The position numbers were made by a program, and so were the translations under genes. Positions 54,209 through 64,000 of a stretch of DNA of 64,000 nt are shown here, one piece after another. Source of the stretch: Octopus vulgaris (taxonomy: Eukaryota); the NCBI GenBank assembly GCA_951406725.2, contig OX597814.1:32364001-32428000 (forward strand). Direction: 5' to 3'. Below the pieces are notes generated by a model. It had not been told where the DNA came from, ran no database searches, and saw nothing but the letters and a program-made list of their open reading frames with translations. Every line of letters starts with the position of its first letter. Position 1 is the stretch's first letter.

Positions 54209-54657
54209 TGTATGTATATATATGTACGTCTACATATCTATATTGATATATATAGTTATACATATACATATGTTTGCATATATTAAGAATATATATCTAA
54301 ATATATATACATATATATATATATGCATATATAATTATTAGTATATATAAATGTATAAATCCTTAAATCCTTTAAAATGTTTTAGCCCGGAGGCCGCGGC
54401 CATTCTGGGGCACCACATATATTTTTTTATTGTCAAATATATATATATACACACAAACATACAAACACTCTCACAGTGAGATAGCTGGATGATCAAGAGA
54501 GAGAGAGAGACAACATATTAAATCTATATATCATAAATAGCTATAATCTGTACCTTTCATTGTTTCATTTTCATTATTTCTTCACTTCATATATGCGTGT
54601 GTGTGTTGATACAATTATATATGTATATATATATACATATACATACATAAATATACA

Positions 54658-54692
<35 letters not shown>

Positions 54693-54723
54693 TTGGCGAT
54701 TTTTTTCCCTTGGACTTTAATCT

Positions 54724-54758
54724 ATTTCTGAAGAAGAGCTAGGCTCGAAACGTTAAAT
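54724..54758 (+). ncRNA. Minimal type I hammerhead with intact core (dimer type)
   Basis: auuu CUGAAGA A GAGC-uag-GCUC GAAAC GUU aaau, within a ~150-bp repeat between (TA)n tracts. Confidence 0.75.
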
Positions 54759-54835
54759 CCACTTCCTTCATTTCCTGAGAGTCATTACAACGTGTCCGTA
54801 ATATTGCTTTCTCTTGTTTGTTCTTTGTCTTGATT

Positions 54836-54898
<63 letters not shown>

Positions 54899-55097
54899 CA
54901 TACATAATACACCGACAGATGCACATAGGTTACATTCTACATATATGTATTGATACCTGTTTACATACATATTTACACACTTGCTAATATACATATAGAC
55001 ACCTTCTATGATATACAAGCATGATACATACACGCTTGTATACATTTAATGTGGGCGGTTATATATCTTTATCTATATATATTTATATATATAAATG

Positions 55098-55164
<67 letters not shown>

Positions 55165-55170
55165 GCATGT

Positions 55171-55334
55171 TGGCGCAGCAATGGCTGTGTAGTAAGAAGC
55201 TTGCTTCCCAAGCACATCGCTCCAGCTTCAGTCCTACTGCGTGGTACATTGTGTAAGTGTCTTCTGTTATAGCCTCGGGCCGACAGACACTTTGTGAGTA
55301 GTTTTGGTAGACGGAAACTGAAAGAAGCCCGTCG

Positions 55335-55369
<35 letters not shown>

Positions 55370-55585
55370 ATGTTTGTGTTTATGTATGCAATTGTGTATC
55401 TGTGTTTGTCACTCCATCATCGCTCGACACCGATGTTGGTGTGTTTACGTTCACCTAACATAGTGGTCCGGTAAAAGTGTTTGATGTTGTAAATTGCAGA
55501 GAATAAGTACTGGGGACGATTTCTTCGAGTAAAAGCGGTACTCCAGCATGGCCGCTGTCAAATAACTGAAAGAAGAAAAACGAAT
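55171..55585 (+). mobile_element. SINE family A, diverged; others at ~51550-51740 (-) and 56343-56750 (+)
   Basis: ggcgcagcaatggctgtgtagtaagaagc...ggtagacggaaactgaaagaagcccgtcg...ccagcatggccgc. Confidence 0.85.
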
Positions 55586-55739
55586 ATAATATATATATAT
55601 GTGTGTATGTGCGTGTATGTGTGTATACGTGTATATATGTATGTATATATATATATATATATATATATGACTGCAGTTGTATGGATGAAACAAGTAAAAG
55701 ATATATATATATATGTGTTTGTATGTGTGTGTGTGTGAA

Positions 55740-55772
<33 letters not shown>

Positions 55773-56247
55773 TTATGCAACAATACATGCGCACGAAGAT
55801 TAGAGTATTTATGTGTATAAATGTCCATGTGTGTGTGTGTGTGTGTGTTTGTGTGTGTTTATACATATGTGCACATGTTTGCGCTTCGGTGCTTGTTTTC
55901 ATGTTTTGCATACCTATATAGTCACACACAATGCTCTAAATGTATACTGTATATATATATATATATATATATTCACTTATATATTCATAAATTTTTTTCT
56001 TAAATATATACGTTTTTATATATATGCCTCTAAAGAGAAAGACGTGTGTGAGTAAGAGTTATATATGCATGCGTATATATATATATATATATATACGTGT
56101 GTGTGTGTATGTATACATGTACGTATATATTTATATATATATATATAATCAAATATATATTACATATATGTATATATCTACATATATTCAAAAACATGTA
56201 TACATATATATTGTATATACATAATATATGTATACATATAAATAATA

Positions 56248-56337
<90 letters not shown>

Positions 56338-56492
56338 GAGAATGGTAAGAAGCGTGCTTCCCAACCCCATGTTCCAGACGCAGTCCCACTGCGTGGAACC
56401 TTGGCCAGGTGTCTTGTAGTATAGCCACAGGCCGACCAAAGTCCTGTGAGCGGATTTGGCAGATGGAAACTGGAAGAAGCTCATTGTATACA

Positions 56493-56525
<33 letters not shown>

Positions 56526-57060
56526 CTGTTTGTGTATGTGTATTTGGGCTTGTGTGTTTGTGTTTATCCCCAGCCATCCATCACTGGTGTTTTTATGTCA
56601 CCGTAACTTAGCGTTTCGGCATATGAGGCCGATATAATAAGAACTAGGCTTACAAAGTGTAAATCCTGAGGTCGATTTCTTCGAATAACACCCTTTGAGG
56701 TGGTGCTCCAGCATGGTCGCAGTCAGGTGCCTGAAACAATTATAAAGAATACATACATATAAACACACATACACACACAGGGATGAATGCTGAAAATTTC
56801 CTGTATCGTTAAAGGCCAAAACTTCTAAGTTTTTTTGCAGGGCTCAAAAAAACTAAAGCGTAGCTGCAATACATGTGTGAATCTGAGATAAGTGATAATT
56901 AGATGAACTTCCTGTATTTTGTTTTACTCAAATCCAGCAACTTTTCAGCACCCACTTCGCGTATGCTGTTTTTTTCTTTTTATTCTAATCAGTCGCCATG
57001 CTTGACCGCTAATTCCACAAGTTATTTTTAATTCTCGCTCATTTTATTTTCTCTTTTTTT

Positions 57061-57096
57061 CTTTCTGTTGAAGAGCGTAGGCTCGAAACGTGAAAG
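57061..57096 (+). ncRNA. Minimal hammerhead variant with CUGUUGA core (GUG triplet)
   Basis: cuuu CUGUUGA A GAGC-guag-GCUC GAAAC GUG aaag. Confidence 0.5.
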
Positions 57097-57300
57097 ACTT
57101 TTTTTTCATTTTCCCGAGTATCAAACTAATACACCTGCTTTTTGTTCAGTCAACTGTCTTATTTGTTTTATATATGTGTATGTGTGTGTCTATGTATGTG
57201 TGTGTGTGTGTGCATGTGTCTGTATTCATATATATAGATACACATACACTCAGTAATTTAATACGCACGCGCACATATAATATTAATTTTATAAGTGTAC

Positions 57301-57354
<54 letters not shown>

Positions 57355-57357
57355 GTG

Positions 57358-57486
57358 CATACAGGTCGTCACCAACTGTAAACAACATGAAGTACGAAAA
57401 CAAACGAGTTAAACACGCAAACAACGAGAAAAGAAAACGGAAAACAGAACAAGTAACACAAAGAACGACCCTTCATCAGTTGTAGG

Positions 57487-57490
<4 letters not shown>
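57358..57490 (-). mobile_element. Truncated third copy of the rearranged-hammerhead repeat
   Basis: tacaggtcgtcaccaactgtaaacaacatgaa...gaacgacccttcatcagttgtaggctgt, cut by (TA)n; only the CUGAUGA strand remains. Confidence 0.8.
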
Positions 57491-57524
<34 letters not shown>

Positions 57525-57552
57525 ATGTATATATATACACTAGTATATATTA

Positions 57553-57609
<57 letters not shown>

Positions 57610-57824
57610 TGTATATGTATGTATATACTCTAGTATATATATATATATATTTACATATATATGTGTATACATATATATATATATATATGTTGTCCTGGCG
57701 TGCATCTTTGAGCGAGCTGGGGACAATTCTGTCTCAGCTTGCATCCAAATAGCAGCAAACTACAGGTGTGCTGTGTCTATCCAAAGCTATCTCGCGGCCT
57801 TGATTTTTCACACACGCAAACTCC

Positions 57825-57865
<41 letters not shown>

Positions 57866-58138
57866 CCACACACACACGCACAAACAAACACACGGATACA
57901 GAAACACGCGCACAACTGTGTATACACATAGATAAACGCACACACACACATACACACACACACATATATATACACACACGCACATGTACATGTTTACGTG
58001 TGTGTGGAGTGTGCATGCAGGTAACCTTACACACACGCAGACATTCACAGGTGTGAATATGTATGTCTGTAAATATATATATATGTGTGCATATATATAT
58101 ATGTATATATATATGTATATATGTATATATATATATGT

Positions 58139-58192
<54 letters not shown>

Positions 58193-58194
58193 CT

Positions 58195-58230
58195 ACAGAC
58201 CCTCACCTACTTATGTAGGTGAGGGTCTGT
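58195..58230. repeat. 16-bp perfect inverted repeat with 4-nt spacer in TA-rich DNA
   Basis: acagaccctcacctac ttat gtaggtgagggtctgt. Confidence 0.95.
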
Positions 58231-58315
58231 TTATAATTATGCATATATATATAAATATATATTTATATAATTGTGCATACTGTATATATATATATATATA
58301 TGTATTTATAAATAT

Positions 58316-58366
<51 letters not shown>

Positions 58367-59749
58367 CATATATATGCATATATATATATATACATACTTG
58401 TATAAATATATATGTACCTACTTATATACTTTATATGATGCGTATGCCTCCGTGTGGGGTAGCTCTATGAGTCTGGTTTTGTTTGTGTGTGTGTGCATTT
58501 TGTCTGTGTGTATGAGTTTTAACTTTCGTGTACATGAGTTTTATACTTGTCTTTTATTCCTTTGTTGTTTTTTTTTTTTTTTTGTTTTTCTTCTGACACA
58601 AAACTGTTTGTAGGTCTTGGAGCGTTAGGTAAATTTAACAAGACTGGATTAAGACCAACTGATGCCCTTAGCACAGCCCGTCATTGTCCCTCTTCGACAT
58701 TTTCTTTGTCTAAGTGACAAGCCCTTAAGGTATATTCAGTTTTTAATAATAGTTTAAAATGTAGATTAAGTATTTATTTTTAGTTCGGGCCATTCGTAAG
58801 GCTTGACCCCGACATCTACAACTCCTTGTTATTGTATTTATTTATCACTAAGTAACAATGAAAAACATGCAAATAATAATATCTTATTTTTTTAATTCAT
58901 AATTCTAAACCCTAATTCATGAAAAAAATTCTATATAATATCATCCACTGTTCAGAAATCTATGCTGCCACTCAAATATGTTTTTTTAAAAATACATGCA
59001 ATCTAGAGAAAAAATTATTTTTAGAAAAAAAAAAACTTTTATTCCTCTAATTTCGATTTTGAAATTGTAAATAGGGCTCAAAAAACACAAAATAATGCCT
59101 AATATTGTCTACGTATAATTCTATTTATGTTTTTAAATGTTTTCTTCCGCTTCCTTCTTTTAATTGCTAAGTCATTGATTAATTTAGGGAAACTAATTGG
59201 GCATAACAGAACTCTTCCTGAACAGACAATCTTGCTAGTCACGTCGTGGATTTTTAACATGCTTCAGATAAATGCTCTGGATCAACTAAAATTTGCATTA
59301 CATTCTATGAGGTTATCTTTTCAGACCTCTTATGTAAAACAATTTTATTAGGGAAATATGAAAGCTTTAATTTTGTTAAAATGTCATTTATTTGATGACA
59401 AACTCTCGAACTTAAAGGAAGCACATTAAAACATATAACAAAGATTATGTTTCAAATGCTAGCCAAAACGCAGTGTGATTGATATGCATTACATTTCAAG
59501 CTACCTTACCATGATTAAAGTTTTGCGTAAGCAATGTGAACAGTAGAATTGCAACACTGTCATTTACAATACAAACTGTGGCACTTAAGTATGGTAAGCT
59601 ATTGAGCAGACACAAGTACTACATCTAGACGCAGGCTATCACATATCTCTGTTGGCAGTGACTTCCACTCATCTGTCACTGACCCACAACAGACGAAGCC
59701 ATTCAGGTTGCAATGTATGACACTTGCTAGATCCCACTATTCTTTTCTT

Positions 59750-60902
59750 CTCTAGGCACAAGGCACAAGTTTTTTGGTGGGGTGGGGGGCAGTCGATTAG
59801 TTCGACCCTAGTACGCAACTGGTACTTAATTTATAGATTCCGAAAGGATGAAAGGCAAGGTCAACCTCAGCGGAATTTGAACTCAGAACATAAAGACAGA
59901 TGAAATACTGCGAAACATTTCGCCGGAAGTGTTATCGTTTCTTATTTCTTTACTGCCCACAAGGGGCTACACCCAGAGGGGACAAACAAGGACAGACAAA
60001 GGTATTAAGTCGATTATATCGACCCCAGTGCATAACTGGCATTTACTTAATCGAGTTCCGAAAGGATGAGAGACAAAGTCGACCTCGGCGCTCACAATTC
60101 TGCCGGCAAGTGTTAGCAGAAATGTTTTTAACATCTGTACGTTGTAAATTCACTCACATCAATCTCACCTTCGCTATTTATCCCTCCGCGTTTGGTAAAA
60201 TAACTGGTAAACCAATGGAATTGACGTATACAATTCACCCCTACACAAAACATCTGGTACCTTGTGCATATTATCATCATCACCGTCGTCGTCGTCATCA
60301 TCATCATCATCATCATCATCATTATTATCATTATTATTATAAATGGCGGTGAGCTGGAAGAATCGTTGGCACGACGAAATGTTTAGCGGTATTTCGTCCG
60401 TCTTTACCTTTTGAGTTTAAATTTCGCCGAGGTCGACTTTGCCTCTTATTTCTCGTGGTCGATAAATTAAGTACCAGTGAAACATTGTCATCGATTAGAC
60501 CCTTCCCCCAAAATTTCAGGTCTTGTGTCTTTGGTAGAAAGGATAATTATCATTATTATTATTAAGACGGTGAGCTGGCAGAAACGTTAGCACGCCGGGC
60601 GAAATGATTAGCGGTTTTTCGTCTCTCTTTACGTTCTGAGTTCAAATTCCGCTGTGGTCTACTTTGCCTTTCATCCTTTCAGGGTCGATAAAATAAGTAT
60701 CAGTTGAACACTAGGGTCGATGTCATCGACTCATCCCCTCCCACCAAAATGCTGCCATTGTGGCAAAATTTGAAACCATTACTATTATCATTATTTTATG
60801 TTTGACTTTTACTTTGCAAATGTACAAGTTGGCTCCAAGTCTCACCCAGAGACCTCAAGATACAAGTTAGGAGTTCATGTTATTATAATAATAATAATAA
60901 TA

Positions 60903-60961
<59 letters not shown>

Positions 60962-61620
60962 CATCATCATCATCCTCTGCCCTTGTGGAAAATAAATGAA
61001 GTCATTATTATTGTCATTATTAAGATGAACGGAACTACTAACTATAGGCATGCGCCTATACATAGAACAACAATTGGATGGGAGCTGGTGCTCTTAGTGC
61101 TCATAATTGCCCTGTATGAATGGGATTTCTTGATTGGCCCTTGCTCAAGGCCCTCCTGTGCTGGGAGAACTGCTTCATCTATGTATTAATTTTTTTTTTT
61201 TGTACGCTACGTATACTTTCATTCCATCTCCCTTCTCCCCTTAATTTCCACTTCACCTTTTTTCTGTAAACAACCCCTACAAATTGTAAAGAATTTTCGC
61301 GATGCCCTTCTCATCAAACGCACCTGTTGCAAATATCAAAAATCATAAGTATTATTATCATCGTTCTTATATTTATAATCATCATCATCACTAATGATAT
61401 ACTTATTATTAACGTATCGACGTGGCAGAATCGTTGGCGCCTTAGACGAATTGTTTCATGGTACTTCTGGCACTTTACGTTCTAAGTTCAAATTCCTCTG
61501 AAGTAGTCTTTGCCTTTCGTCTTTTCGAGGTCCATGGAAGAAAAAACCATTCAAGTAATGGTGTCGATGTAATCGTCTTAACCCCTCCCCTCGAACAGGT
61601 AGCTTTGTGCTAAAATTTAA
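59750..61620. mobile_element. Cluster of family B SINEs: 59750-59940 (-), 59943-60090 (-), 60344-60545 (+), 60565-60780 (+), 61420-61620 (+)
   Basis: Each shows the head and/or the gcctttcatcctttc-ggggtcgataaa domain, some next to ATT/CAT repeats. Confidence 0.8.
60797..60880 (-). mobile_element. Probable R4/Dong-like LINE 3' terminus between AAT repeats
   Basis: Minus strand: cttgaggtctctgggtgagacttggagccaacttg...aaacataaaataatgataatagtaat. Family assignment is inference. Confidence 0.45.
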
Positions 61621-61867
61621 AAAAAAGAATTATTATTAGTGAGAATAAAATTGACAATTTTTTGAGATATATGTATATATATATATATTATAAAAGTTAT
61701 CTATACATATACGTATATATTTATGCATATATATATATATATATATATATGCATACACACACACAAATATATATATTTATGGCTAAGATCAAGTTCTAAT
61801 ATCTACTCCTAACAGTTATATAGTTATATACATATAATCTTACATATATATAGATACGTAAATATTG

Positions 61868-61968
<101 letters not shown>

Positions 61969-62673
61969 CAGATAGATAGATAGATATGTATGTATATATA
62001 AGCATGTGTATATAGACATACCTATATATATATGTATATATGTGTGCTTGATGGTTTGGTTTTGCGTTAAAAGTTATTGTAGAATTAGTAGAATTATTGT
62101 AAAAGTGAATAAATGACACAGGAACACAGCACAAATTTTATCGAGAAAATTCAAAAAGACCTAAGACAGAGAAAATAAAGTAAATATGAAATTATTGTTC
62201 GTTCCATCCCCATGGGCACGTGCTTACTTCGATACATGTTTAATCCGGTCGCGTATATATATGTATACATATATATATATATACATGTGTGTACAACGAA
62301 TAAATTTTATGTACGTAATATAAATACAGTAAATATACAAGAGATCTGCCGCTATGCAATTGGTCGTAGAAATGTATACATGTCCCAGTTCGCAAGCGTG
62401 TATTAATGCTTTCTGTGAGCGAAGGATGTATGTGTGTGCGTGTGTGTGATTCCGTTTGTACTCGCGTCTGTTATTATTCTCATAAACTTATGACAATGCT
62501 CTTTAGTAATTGTCCACGAACATTGTTGTAGCGTGCTATCTAAAAATGGAAACAATATGAAGATTATACCTATAATTGTATATATATATTCGCACACACA
62601 CATATGTACATGCATACATTTTTATATACGCATATACGTATATGTAGGCATATGTGTCTGTGTGTGTGTGTGT

Positions 62674-63056
62674 GTGGAGGCACAATGGCCCAGTGGTTAG
62701 GGCAGCGGATTCGCGGTTCTAAGATCGTGGTTTCGCTTCACAGATCGGGCGTTGTGAATGCTTATTGAGAGAAAACACCTGAAGCTCCGAAAGGCCACGG
62801 CAGCGGGTGGGGGCGACCACTGCTATACTGATTGACCTAACATTTCTCTAACTCTTTCTTCCTGTTTCTGGTGTACCTGCGTTTCAAAGGGCCAGCCTTG
62901 TCACATTCTGTGTCAGGCTAAATCTCCCCGAGAACTACGTTAAGGGGTACACGTGTCTGTGGAGTGCTCAGCCACTTGCACGTTAATTTCACGGGTGAGC
63001 TGTTCCTTTGATTGGATCAACTGGAACCCTCATCGTCGAAGCCGACGGAGTGCCCC
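62674..63056 (+). mobile_element. tRNA-derived SINE family D (~380 bp, resembling octopus OR-type SINEs)
   Basis: tRNA-like head ggaggcacaatggcccagtggttagggcagcgg...ggtttcgcttc, unique body, end gccgacggagtgccc at (TA)n. Confidence 0.75.
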
Positions 63057-63122
63057 AATTATATATATATATGTATATATATAAGTATACATATATGTAT
63101 ATATGTATACATATATGTATAC

Positions 63123-63170
<48 letters not shown>

Positions 63171-63191
63171 GTAGATAGGTAGATAGATAAG

Positions 63192-63272
<81 letters not shown>

Positions 63273-63474
63273 CACTCTCTATATCTCTTTCGTCCTGGAT
63301 TGACATTCAGCGCAAGTATCTGTGTGGTGCATATCTATGTTTCTCTATAAAGCTAAATGTATATGTATGTGTGTATGTATCTATGTATATAGATAGATAT
63401 AGTAGACCAATAGTTAGACTGAGACAGACAGATAGACAGTTAGACACATATAGTTATATATGTATGTATATATG

Positions 63475-63550
<76 letters not shown>

Positions 63551-63607
63551 ATAAAACGGTAAGATAACAAAAGAAAGAAAGAGACCTCAATATTATGTAA
63601 ATAGAGG

Positions 63608-63658
<51 letters not shown>

Positions 63659-63720
63659 CGTATATATGTGTGCGTGTTTGTGTGTGTATGCATATAGATA
63701 TATATATATATACATTTGTG

Positions 63721-63751
<31 letters not shown>

Positions 63752-63875
63752 GTATATATATGTATGTATGCATGCATGTATGTATATGTTTATGTGTACA
63801 TATAAGATTGAAATGGACGGCACGACATATTTATTTTGAAATCATTATATATATTGAACACACACATATACATAT

Positions 63876-63921
<46 letters not shown>

Positions 63922-64000
63922 ATGAATGAATTATTTTTATTTATTTTTTAAATTTTTATCTAGTTTCAGCTTACAAGCTGTGGCCATGCTGGGGCCATGT

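Noticed and set aside
62674-62760. tRNA gene
   Set aside because: No complete cloverleaf; it continues into a SINE body. The same applies to all other tRNA-like heads.

Overview
Eukaryotic, AT-rich, microsatellite-saturated DNA, very likely an octopus intron or intergenic region (inferred from the SINE repertoire). Almost all ORFs in the track are simple-repeat artefacts, and no intact protein-coding gene is recognisable; there is one weak candidate exon at about 8.9-9.15 kb on the minus strand. The window is a mosaic of four tRNA-derived SINE families, decayed CR1-like and R4/Dong-like LINE fragments, two DD37D (maT-type) Tc1/mariner remnants, Helitron-like ends and a 19-unit CT-rich minisatellite. 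The most notable signal is a dense set of hammerhead-ribozyme (HHR) motifs in short repeats within (TA)n tracts, consistent with Penelope-like element ends, although no Penelope ORF is visible. These include minimal dimer-type HHRs, a family with a fixed CUGUUGA core, five long fold-back palindromes with HHR or HHR-like motifs, and a tandem repeat whose hammerhead strands occur in a non-circularly permuted (pseudoknotted) order at 30843-30910 and 31595-31662. All pairings and coordinates were read by eye and repeat boundaries are approximate.
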